Of a stretch of DNA of 64,000 nt, positions 54,811 through 62,960 are shown in pieces. The DNA is from a virus. The notes beneath the pieces were generated by a model. The model saw only the letters and a list, made by a program, of their open reading frames with translations, did not search any database and was not told the origin of the DNA. The translations under genes were made by a program, and so were the position numbers. The first letter of the stretch is position 1. Every line of letters begins with the position of its first letter. The DNA is taken from IMG/VR virus record IMGVR_UViG_3300037264_007554, positions 1-64,000 of that record. One strand, 5' to 3'.

Positions 54811-56874
54811 CTACGCCTGCGCGACTTGCCCTTGGTGACCGGCCCCCGGAGGCGGCCGCAACTGGGCTTCGAGCGCCTCGACGATAGCGCCGTGGCTCTC
54901 GTCTTCCAGTTCGGGGAACAGCCTCTCGACCAAGATGTCCAGGTGCTTGCCGTTCAACACCTCGATGCACGGCGGGACCATCCCGAGGGACATGAGTTGC
55001 TGCCGGGCCATCATCACGAACTGCGCGACTTGCTCCGGCGTGGTTTCTTCCAGCGCCTTGCGCAATTCCAGGACGTTGTTGTGCGCCGGTCCGAAAAAGT
55101 CTTCGTCCGAAAGCTCGTCGGTGAGTTGCCGGATGACCTCGGTCGGGGCCCCCACGATGGGGATCGCCGGAGGCCCCGCGGGCGTGACGACCATACCGGT
55201 CGGAGACACGACGGCGTCCGGAACCACCGGCGCGGGAGCCGGAGCAGCAACGCGTCGCTTCCGCGGCGCCGGAGCGGCGGTCTGGGGCGGAGGGGCGACG
55301 GCCGCGGCGGGCGGCGGCGCGACAGCGGCCGGAGGGTAGACGACGGCCGCGACAGCCTCACGCTGTTGATCTGCAGCCGGGACCGGCCCGAACACCTGAT
55401 CCGCGATGCGGTCCCGCTCGGCATCATTCGCCGTCCGTCCGGGGACGGCCGCCGGAGGCGCGGCCTGCGCCACCTGGGGGGCCTGGGGGGCCTGTTGCAC
55501 CTGCTGCGGTTGCTGGCGCTGCGGCTGCGGCTGCTGCACCTGCTGACGCTGCGGCTGTTGCTGTTGCTGCGGGGGCTGGTACTGCGGCCGCTGCGGTTGC
55601 TGTGCCTGAGCCATCTCCCGGGCCTTGGTGGCGGCGTACATCTGGGCGACGCGGCCGAGCGCCTGGACACCTTCCTGCGCGACCGGCAGCCAGGCCGGGC
55701 CGCCCGACTGCGAGTACATCTCGGCCTGCTCTTTCACGAGACCCTTGGCCATGCCGAACAGGTTCTGGAACATCTCGACCATCGACGAGTTGATCTTGTC
55801 GTTTGATGTCGTGTCCTTCGCCGTCTTGATCATCTCGACGATCTGCAGCGGGGTCATGATCGATCCGCCGAGCCGATCCGCGATGATCTGCGCGTGCCGC
55901 TCCGACGCGGACGCCTGAGCCGTCGCCGACGCCTGGACTGCTTTCGACGTCTCGGCTCCGGCGGCCATCGCCGACGTCATGACCTGGGTCAACATCATCA
56001 GCATCGGGTCGGACTTGTTGGCCGTGGTCTCTCGTACCAGCGCCTCCAGCCGATCCGCCGATGCCTTCATCTCGGTGCGCAGGTTGGTCTCGCGTTGCAA
56101 CTCGTCGCTGCGCCGACGCTGTTCGTCCAGATCACGTTGCAGTCTCAACTCAGTCTCCGACGGACCGGAAGGCTTCGCCGTCAATTTTTCGATCAGCGTT
56201 TCCATTCGCTGCCGATCTTCTGCGGCCCGCCGCTCGACCCCTGCGATGAGATCTGCCGTCTCCCGCGCGCGCGCATCTTCCCGGATTTTGTCTTCCAGAA
56301 CTTTCACCCGATCGTTCGCATCGGTCGCAGGGTAACTGCCCCAGGGCGGAATCTGGCCGGGCTGCAGCGGCGGGATCGCGCTGGCCGCCGGACTGGCGTG
56401 ACCTCCGGGGATCTGCTCGCCGGGCTTCCAATTGAAGACCATCCGCTGCGGCGTCGTCAACGTCCCCAGCTCGGGGTTGTAGAAGTAGCCGTGGCCCATC
56501 GGGATGCAGCCCTCGGGCACGGGAATGCTGGCGGCCCCTTGCGGGCCGGACGCGGGAACTCCGGGTACGCTCATCAGGTTTGCCTCCGGGACTTCGGCGC
56601 CGAGGCGCACGGTCCATTCGTCTTTTTCCGAACTGCCTTCATCGTGAACCTCGAAATGGTACGTGCCCGGCCCGGCCCCGACGGTCACCGGCAGCGACTT
56701 GTGCAGCTCTGTGATCTGATCGAGCGACGCGTTCTTGATCATCGGCACGACGAGATGCCCGGGGCCCCGCGCGATCCCCTGCCGCGTGACGGTCACCATC
56801 CGCGACGTCATGTTCTGGATCTTCGAGATGTCCGGAGTCGACTTCAGGGGGGCGACGGTCACGGAAGTTGCCAT
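54811..56874 (-). CDS. Large coiled-coil, Gln/Pro-rich protein (687 aa)
   Basis: Long ORF with strong codon bias; globular ends, coiled-coil and low-complexity middle. Confidence 0.8.
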   Translation of the reverse strand: MATSVTVAPLKSTPDISKIQNMTSRMVTVTRQGIARGPGHLVVPMIKNASLDQITELHKSLPVTVGAGPGTYHFEVHDEGSSEKDEWTVRLGAEVPEANLMSVPGVPASGPQGAASIPVPEGCIPMGHGYFYNPELGTLTTPQRMVFNWKPGEQIPGGHASPAASAIPPLQPGQIPPWGSYPATDANDRVKVLEDKIREDARARETADLIAGVERRAAEDRQRMETLIEKLTAKPSGPSETELRLQRDLDEQRRRSDELQRETNLRTEMKASADRLEALVRETTANKSDPMLMMLTQVMTSAMAAGAETSKAVQASATAQASASERHAQIIADRLGGSIMTPLQIVEMIKTAKDTTSNDKINSSMVEMFQNLFGMAKGLVKEQAEMYSQSGGPAWLPVAQEGVQALGRVAQMYAATKAREMAQAQQPQRPQYQPPQQQQQPQRQQVQQPQPQRQQPQQVQQAPQAPQVAQAAPPAAVPGRTANDAERDRIADQVFGPVPAADQQREAVAAVVYPPAAVAPPPAAAVAPPPQTAAPAPRKRRVAAPAPAPVVPDAVVSPTGMVVTPAGPPAIPIVGAPTEVIRQLTDELSDEDFFGPAHNNVLELRKALEETTPEQVAQFVMMARQQLMSLGMVPPCIEVLNGKHLDILVERLFPELEDESHGAIVEALEAQLRPPPGAGHQGQVAQA

Positions 56875-56952
56875 TGCTGTACGAGTATCAGTACCGGCCG
56901 CGCAGAGTCAAGAGCCTTGACGGGGCCTCGGATTTCCGGCTACAAGGACACA

Positions 56953-57324
56953 GTGACGATAGGCGAAACGGGATGGCAGCCGATCCGGCCGACCGGCGGC
57001 GACGGCGACCGCGGCGCGGCCGGAAAAGTCGAAATGATCTCCGGCCTTGAGGACCGGCCCTGCGTGATGTGCAAGTCCTGGGAATACGACGTGCCGAAGC
57101 TCATCCGGCACTTGATGTCGAAAAAACTCACGCTGCTGCCCAACGGGCACTTCCTGACGCCGATCGCCAAAGACTTCCCCGGCCGGAAGTCCCTCATCCT
57201 CGATCCGGTGAAAAACGGCTTCTGCCGTTACGAGTGTAGCGTGACGGAGGATCTTGCTACGTGTGAAAATTGGAACCCTGTGCGTACAGTTTCCGAGCTA
57301 CAGAGCCGACTCAAACGCCGATGA
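56953..57324 (+). CDS. Cys-rich hypothetical protein
   Basis: Leaderless GTG; CVMC...FC...C.NW. Confidence 0.65.
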   Translation: MTIGETGWQPIRPTGGDGDRGAAGKVEMISGLEDRPCVMCKSWEYDVPKLIRHLMSKKLTLLPNGHFLTPIAKDFPGRKSLILDPVKNGFCRYECSVTEDLATCENWNPVRTVSELQSRLKRR

Positions 57325-57644
57325 TACAGCTACAGCAAGTCGCCCTGTTCGCGATCCTGTGCGCCGTCATCCACTGGTTCGTCGCACGGTCGTCGATCAT
57401 GCGTTGGTTCTGGGGCCGGGCCACCGGTTGGCTTGCGGAATTGCTTGTCTGCCCCGCTTGTTTTGGATTCTGGACTGGCCTGCTGCTCGATGTTACAGGT
57501 ATATCACCGCTCGGACCGTCGCAGCACTGGGGCGAAGTGCTGCTGTCCGGAGCGCTCGGGCTTTTCTTCACCCCGCTCGCGGAGGCCCTGCTTCTCTGGG
57601 GGATCGACAAGGCGGCCGTGCGCGAGGCGCCGCCCGAGGGCTAA
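57321..57644 (+). CDS. DUF1360-like membrane protein
   Basis: LLVCPACFGFW with flanking TM helices. Confidence 0.65.
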   Translation: MIQLQQVALFAILCAVIHWFVARSSIMRWFWGRATGWLAELLVCPACFGFWTGLLLDVTGISPLGPSQHWGEVLLSGALGLFFTPLAEALLLWGIDKAAVREAPPEG

Positions 57645-57871
57645 CCCCGCTCAGCCTTGGCAATCCCCTCTTCGAGCCGCTCCGCTGCGCTCCTCAACGC
57701 CTGAACCATCAACTTCGCATCCTCTGTGGTCATGTGGCTACGAGCCCAAGCGATGCTCCTGTCGCCCCCGAGCGTCTGCGTTGCGGCCAGAGCTTCGTGT
57801 TCCTTCTGAAAATTCTCACGTAAACGCGTCGCCCCGCATGCTGCGCACCGCAAGTGTTCCCGAGTGACCAT
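57641..57871 (-). CDS. Hypothetical protein
   Basis: LRCAACG. Confidence 0.5.
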   Translation of the reverse strand: MVTREHLRCAACGATRLRENFQKEHEALAATQTLGGDRSIAWARSHMTTEDAKLMVQALRSAAERLEEGIAKAERG

Positions 57872-57954
57872 CTCACTACTGAGTTTACCACCGGTTGGCC
57901 CCCTGCCGCTTGGCCCCCTTGACGCCGTAGACACCCCTGGTGTACCCCTACCGC

Positions 57955-58155
57955 ATGCCCCGAGCTAAACCGGCCGAAAAAGAGTTTCCCGAGCGCGACG
58001 TCGTCTCCTCGGATCTGCGCGACGGCCAGGGCCGGGTGGCGCCGCCGGTGATGGTGAAGCTCTGGGTGTTGAAGCTCTCCTGCGGCCACGAAGAGATCCG
58101 CGTCGCGGCCAAAGGCAAGGACGCCCCCACGAAAGTCCACTGCGGAAGTTGCTGA
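57955..58155 (+). CDS. Small Zn-ribbon protein
   Basis: LSCGH...HCGSC; leaderless promoter. Confidence 0.6.
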   Translation: MPRAKPAEKEFPERDVVSSDLRDGQGRVAPPVMVKLWVLKLSCGHEEIRVAAKGKDAPTKVHCGSC

Positions 58156-58204
58156 CAACAATTTTTTGTTGACGGCCGCCGCGCGCCGGTGGTGTAGTGC
58201 GGCC

Positions 58205-58438
58205 ATGAAGCGCAGGGGGATCACCGCAGGCGTCGTCGAGGATTCCGAAGGCTCCGAACACGGCTACTGGGCCACGGTGCTCAACCGGCGCGGGGAAGTC
58301 ATCTGGCACTCCGACACGTCGTCCCCTGACATAGTCGCGGCCTTCGCGGCTGCGGCTGAAAAGAAAAAAGAGATGGTCGCGGCCAAGGACGCGCCGACGG
58401 CAGAACCGTCCCAGAGTAAGGGCAAGGGCAAAAAGTGA
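58205..58438 (+). CDS. Hypothetical protein
   Basis: TTGACG promoter upstream. Confidence 0.55.
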   Translation: MKRRGITAGVVEDSEGSEHGYWATVLNRRGEVIWHSDTSSPDIVAAFAAAAEKKKEMVAAKDAPTAEPSQSKGKGKK

Positions 58439-58456
58439 GCTGAAGGAGCAACGAAC

Positions 58457-58828
58457 ATGGACCGACGAGATCTTCCTCCCGATTTGTACATGGCGAATCT
58501 CTTGAAGGACGCCCAGAAGCAGCGCGTCCCTCTGATCGCGATCTACTCCACGCTCGAAAACGAAAAGCTGATGCTCAAGGTCGTCGCGAACTGCGGCGAA
58601 GCCATCATGAAGCAACTCTGGGGTCAGGTCTTCCCGCTCACCGACGCGGCCATCGAGACCGCGGCGAAAGCGCTCGCGGCGACGGAAGGACAAAACTGGG
58701 ACGGCCTCGACGACGGCCCCCGCGCGGCCTTCCTCTCCATCGCACGGACGGCCGTGACTGCGGCCTACCGCGCCCACGCTCCGAAACTGCCCGCGGCAGA
58801 GCCTACACCGATCATCAAGCCTGCGTGA
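58457..58828 (+). CDS. Hypothetical protein
   Basis: AAGGAG RBS. Confidence 0.65.
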   Translation: MDRRDLPPDLYMANLLKDAQKQRVPLIAIYSTLENEKLMLKVVANCGEAIMKQLWGQVFPLTDAAIETAAKALAATEGQNWDGLDDGPRAAFLSIARTAVTAAYRAHAPKLPAAEPTPIIKPA

Positions 58829-59703
58829 TAGACGGTAGCGAAGATAATAAAGTGAAACGGATTGCTCTTGGTGAAGACATTCAATTATTGGAGGGGGATT
58901 CGCGAACAATTCTAACTACCATACCGGGCGAGACTTTTCAGTGTTGTGTTTCAAGCCCGCCATATTGGGGTCTCAGGGATTACAGCGTTGACGGCCAGAT
59001 CGGTGCGGAGGCCGCGATAGGCGACTATCTCAGCGCCCTGGTAGCGATTTTCCGTGAAGTACGCCGCACCCTGCGTCGCGACGGAATGCTATGGCTTAAC
59101 GTTGGCGATTCGTTCACAAGCGGAGATCGCGGCTGGCGAGCGCCAGATAAGAAAAACCGGGCGCGAGCCATGACCTATCGGCCCCCGACACCGGAAGGGC
59201 TCAAGCCAAAGGATCTGATCGGGGTGCCATGGCGACTGGCGCTGGCACTCCAACAGGATGGCTGGTTTCTCCGCTCAGACATCATCTGGAACAAACCAAA
59301 CTGCCAACCGGAATCCGTCAAAGACCGGCCGACTCGTTCCCATGAATACATTTTCCTCATGAGCAAATCTGAATCGTACTTTTATGACCATGCGGCCATC
59401 GTCGAGCCTGCGGCCAACGGACAGACAAAGAATCGACGAACGGTTTGGAACATCAACACCAATGGTTTCCATGGCGCACACTTCGCCGTGTTTCCCCCCG
59501 AATTGGTGCGCCTCTGCATCCTCGCAGGATCAAAACCCGGCGACCTTGTGCTCGATCCTTTTTTCGGGTCCGGTACGGTAGGGTTAGTTTGCCGCGAACA
59601 GAGACGACGATGCGTTGGGATCGAGCTGAATCCTGAATACGTAGAGATCGCGAAAAAACGGATAGCCGGATTGATCATGCAACCCGGCGGACCCACTACC
59701 TGA
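58825..59703 (+). CDS. DNA methyltransferase, N4-C/N6-A beta class
   Basis: SPPY precedes DPFFGSGT; HFAVFP. Confidence 0.92.
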   Translation: MIDGSEDNKVKRIALGEDIQLLEGDSRTILTTIPGETFQCCVSSPPYWGLRDYSVDGQIGAEAAIGDYLSALVAIFREVRRTLRRDGMLWLNVGDSFTSGDRGWRAPDKKNRARAMTYRPPTPEGLKPKDLIGVPWRLALALQQDGWFLRSDIIWNKPNCQPESVKDRPTRSHEYIFLMSKSESYFYDHAAIVEPAANGQTKNRRTVWNINTNGFHGAHFAVFPPELVRLCILAGSKPGDLVLDPFFGSGTVGLVCREQRRRCVGIELNPEYVEIAKKRIAGLIMQPGGPTT

Positions 59704-59716
59704 TAGACTCCGCGCC

Positions 59717-59926
59717 ATGGATCAATTTCTTGCCCAGGTTTCCTCTCTCGCACAGAAGAGCGGGATCCGCAGTCTCGTGATCGGCTGCCGCGACCCCCAG
59801 TCCGGCAACGTGAAAGTCTTGACCACGGCCGGAGCTGTCGAAGATCTCAAAGTCGCCGTCGCGCAGAAGTTCGGCCTGACCGATCCGGCGCACGCCGAAA
59901 CCGAAGTGGGCTGGGGCGGGGCCTAA
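59717..59926 (+). CDS. Hypothetical protein
   Basis: High GC3 ORF. Confidence 0.55.
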   Translation: MDQFLAQVSSLAQKSGIRSLVIGCRDPQSGNVKVLTTAGAVEDLKVAVAQKFGLTDPAHAETEVGWGGA

Positions 59927-60291
59927 CGGCAAGTACGCCAGCGGTTCCAGTCCGTTTTCGGAACGAGCACGTCGATGTCCCGGTCCCCGCGCAGGCGCGC
60001 AGCAGCTCCGCGGTGGTTCCCGTTCCACACGAACAGCGTGGTGATCCGGCGGCGGCAGGCGCGCTCTCCGTAAGACGCCAGCACTGCGGGAAATGGTGTC
60101 TTTCGCGCGGCGTACGCGGCGACGCGGCCTACATCAGCAGGCTCGTGAATGTCCAACGCGTCCAGTGGAAGCCGAATGCGCACATGGGGCTCGTCTCTGA
60201 CACGTGCGATCGTCGCAGGTCTGCCGTGCTTGCCTCCGGTGTCCGTCCGTGCGACGTGTCGGCGCACTTTCGATGCAGGAACGATCCGCAT
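59923..60291 (-). CDS. Small ParB/Srx-like protein
   Basis: FPAV...VWNGNHRGAAARLRG. Confidence 0.6.
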   Translation of the reverse strand: MRIVPASKVRRHVARTDTGGKHGRPATIARVRDEPHVRIRLPLDALDIHEPADVGRVAAYAARKTPFPAVLASYGERACRRRITTLFVWNGNHRGAAARLRGDRDIDVLVPKTDWNRWRTCR

Positions 60292-60644
60292 CAGCACTTC
60301 CGCCAGAGCGTCACGCCGCCCGGCCGGACGACGGCGTAGAGGCCGCCGTGCACCGGTTTCTTGCCCTTCCGGGTGACGAAGGTCTTGTACTTGTACGGAT
60401 CGTACGTGACGGCGATTTTGCAAGCGCCGCGCGGGGCGCCCTTGCTCGTCAGCGTTCCGCGCACGAAGGCGTGGACGTTCTTGCGCTTCTCTCGCAACAC
60501 ACGCGCGCGGCCGCCCGCGCCGACCACGAACTTCGGCGTCAGCAAGGCGACCTTCTGCGAGCACTTCTGCACGCGGCCGCCCTTACGGACGCTGATGCAG
60601 CCCTTGTGCAAGTTGCGGTAGGCGTCGACGGTCACGGCAGCCAT
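60291..60644 (-). CDS. Conserved phage basic protein
   Basis: YRNLHK..ISVR...GRARVLREKRKNVHAFVRG. Confidence 0.75.
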   Translation of the reverse strand: MAAVTVDAYRNLHKGCISVRKGGRVQKCSQKVALLTPKFVVGAGGRARVLREKRKNVHAFVRGTLTSKGAPRGACKIAVTYDPYKYKTFVTRKGKKPVHGGLYAVVRPGGVTLWRKC

Positions 60645-60898
60645 CCCTCCGGCGCAGGCATGAAACCGTAGGGCGCTTCGGTGCGGCCGTAGCCAAGGGC
60701 TTCCACACCTGCCTGTGTGGCAACCCCCCACGGTATGTTCCCACGGCCGTACGTCGCCCGCCGCCAACCGAGACGAACGAGACCCATGCGAGTGAGCGCC
60801 CGCGCCGTCGGTTTGGACAAGTAAGAGAATTCGCCGTAGCCATGCCCGCCCGCCTGCGCAAATTTTCTCAGCGCCTCTTGTTGAGCTTTCGTCATCAA
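60632..60898 (-). CDS. Small winged-helix-like protein
   Basis: TARALTRMGLV...TQAG. Confidence 0.5.
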   Translation of the reverse strand: MMTKAQQEALRKFAQAGGHGYGEFSYLSKPTARALTRMGLVRLGWRRATYGRGNIPWGVATQAGVEALGYGRTEAPYGFMPAPEGWLP

Positions 60899-60902
60899 CG
60901 CC

Positions 60903-61142
60903 TCACCTGAGAGATTTCCTGAGACGATTCACGTCGGCAAGTTTGTAACAGCGGCTGTCGTGCATCACAAGGTAGCCTGTGTCGTACGCCTCTCGGGATT
61001 GCGCGCCCATATGCCAGCAAGCGCCCTTCCAGCGGCCTTCCCGCGCCGCAACAATCACCCGCGACTCGCCGACGAAAGTGATGCCCCCTTTCCGCACCGA
61101 GCCTTCGACGTAGTCTAGGTTGAACCGGCGTTTTCGACGCAT
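60903..61142 (-). CDS. Small basic hypothetical protein
   Basis: Leaderless promoter TTGCGG-N16-TACAAT-N6-ATG. Confidence 0.65.
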   Translation of the reverse strand: MRRKRRFNLDYVEGSVRKGGITFVGESRVIVAAREGRWKGACWHMGAQSREAYDTGYLVMHDSRCYKLADVNRLRKSLR

Positions 61143-61177
61143 GCCCTGATTGTAAGGCCGCGGCCGCAGGCCGCAAC

Positions 61178-61486
61178 TTACGACCTCGGCAGCCTCATCC
61201 GGGCGAACTGATACTTGAACGCCGAGTACCCTCCCAGGTCGCCAGGCTCGCCTGGCTCATCCAGCCGGGCGTCGTCCTCGTAGGCCGGTAACTTCCGGCC
61301 CGTCGCGGACGTCGCGTCGTACGGCTCGCCGTGGTCCGGCGTCAGCGACATCTGCGTCTGTGCGCCGCCTTTCAGGGGCAGCAGCCGGAACAAGAAGTCG
61401 CCGACCCAGCGATCCCGCGGCGTGCCTTGCACGAGAAAGCGGGCCATCTGGAAGATGCCGCGGTCGATGGTGGTGACGCCCCTCAT
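61178..61486 (-). CDS. Hypothetical protein
   Basis: Coupled to the DnaA_C gene. Confidence 0.55.
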   Translation of the reverse strand: MRGVTTIDRGIFQMARFLVQGTPRDRWVGDFLFRLLPLKGGAQTQMSLTPDHGEPYDATSATGRKLPAYEDDARLDEPGEPGDLGGYSAFKYQFARMRLPRS

Positions 61487-61923
61487 GCCTGGGGGCTCTC
61501 GCGGTAGAGCGGGATCGTCCCCTGGGGCGGTGTCACCACGCACACCGTCTCCCGTGTCCCCATGTTCGACAGCAGCTTCGAGATCTTAAACAAGTCCTGC
61601 CGGACTTGAGCACCTGTCAACTCGTGCGCCAGCAGCCCCTCGACCGTCTCCACGGCGTGCATGACCGTCGTGTGGTGCTTGCCGCCGAACTCTGCCGCGA
61701 TACCTGGGAAGCTCAACTCCGTGAGCCTGCGCATCAGGAACATCGCGAGGGACCGCGGGTACGTGTGCACGCGTGCACGGCTGCTGCCGATCAGCACCCT
61801 GCGCGTGATCTTGAAACGCTTCTGAACGGCCTCCCGGATCTCGGCTGCGGTCCAGATGGAGACGGTCCGGATGACACTGGTCCTGCTGACGATAGGCGGC
61901 GCGTTCGACGGCACGTGGTCCAC
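61483..61923 (-). CDS. Stand-alone DnaA C-terminal (domain IV) HTH protein
   Basis: SRAR....PRSLAMFLMRRLTELSFPGIAAEFGGKHHTTVMHA. Confidence 0.9.
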   Translation of the reverse strand: MDHVPSNAPPIVSRTSVIRTVSIWTAAEIREAVQKRFKITRRVLIGSSRARVHTYPRSLAMFLMRRLTELSFPGIAAEFGGKHHTTVMHAVETVEGLLAHELTGAQVRQDLFKISKLLSNMGTRETVCVVTPPQGTIPLYRESPQA

Positions 61924-62037
61924 TCACCGTAGCACGGGCCGCGCGAACCGAGGCAACAGAAAAGAGCCAGACCGCGGCGCGGGCGGCGCGGGCGGCGCGC
62001 GGCGCGCGGCGCGGCGCGGCGCGGGTGGCAACGCCGC

Positions 62038-62073
62038 AAAAAGAAAACCGGGGGCCCCTTTCGGAGCCCCCGG
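62038..62073 (-). terminator. Intrinsic terminator
   Basis: CCGGGGGCUCC-GAAA-GGGGCCCCCGG-UUUUCUUUUU. Confidence 0.9.
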
Positions 62074-62123
62074 TCGCCCGGGGCCCTACCTCTTCCGGAA
62101 GCGGGGTCGTCTGAGCAGGATCG
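62038..62123 (-). ncRNA. Putative ~85-nt small RNA
   Basis: Promoter TTGACT(62157-62152)-N17-TACGGT, no ORF, strong terminator. Confidence 0.5.
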
Positions 62124-62244
62124 CAGCCACCGTAACGGCAACGGCGTAACGAGTCAAGCGGTTGTTTCCTCTGTGCTGTTGACGCGCCGTCCACGCGCCT
62201 GTCTACGGCGTTTTCGAGCAACTTCCGAGAGCCCCTGAATACCC

Positions 62245-62645
62245 CTTTTTAATTACGCAGCACAGCAGCACAGGTTCTCGTCTATATTGTAGTGGGTAAG
62301 GATGATGTTTTTTTTTCAGAGGTTTCTTCAGTCAATTTCACTCCAACTGTTGTGCTGCGTTATCTTTTTTCCGTTTTCCTTAATGATTATCACATCTAAT
62401 GCAGCACAACATAGTTTTTGTGTTGTGCTGAGTTAAAATAAAGAATAAAGAGATCAAATATTTAGAGAATTTGACACGGCACAACGATTTCCGAAATGCA
62501 GCACAGCATCTTTGTGTTGTGCTGCGTTGATCAAATATAAGTGGTCCCCGCGAAAATGCGCTCGACGGAATTAATAATCGCATTATGTGCTTTTGTACCG
62601 CAGCACAGCAAGTGATGTCGAAAAACACCATGTTGTGCTGCGCCA
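62245..62645. repeat. AT-rich putative replication origin with ~9 GCAGCACA(A/G)CA iterons in both orientations
   Basis: Forward copies near 62257, 62265, 62401, 62498, 62600; reverse copies near 62348, 62421, 62515, 62631. Confidence 0.8.
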
Positions 62646-62868
62646 GTGTGCCGCGTCATTCGTCTGAAAACGACCGGAAGCGATCTTCTGAAGCGGTCCT
62701 GAAAACGACCCGGGAAGCCGGTCTTTGGATGCACCTCCCGGACGCGACGAAGTGACCTTCGGAGGAGACCCGCGCGTGCGCGCGGGCCGGGCCACGGGGC
62801 GCGCGAACGGGAGGGGGAAGGTGCTGGCCGTGACCGCGTGTCACGCGGTGGTCGCGTTTTTCTGATCC

Positions 62869-62877
62869 TGTGGATAA
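62869..62877 (-). promoter_or_regulatory. Perfect DnaA box (TTATCCACA)
   Basis: TGTGGATAA on the + strand, just upstream of a candidate primase promoter (TTGCCT at 62886). Confidence 0.6.
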
Positions 62878-62960
62878 GAAAATTCTTGCCTCGTGCGATC
62901 GAAAAGGAGCATCTTCTTTTTCCCTCTTCCGGTCCGGCCCGAGTCGTTTTGAGTCGCTCG

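Noticed and set aside
61973-62025. GGCGC low-complexity tract as a coding region
   Set aside because: ORFs across it are low-complexity and cross a terminator; treated as intergenic.
62245-62645. Repeats as a CRISPR array
   Set aside because: Units are only ~11 bp, alternate in orientation and are irregularly spaced; no cas genes. An origin fits better.
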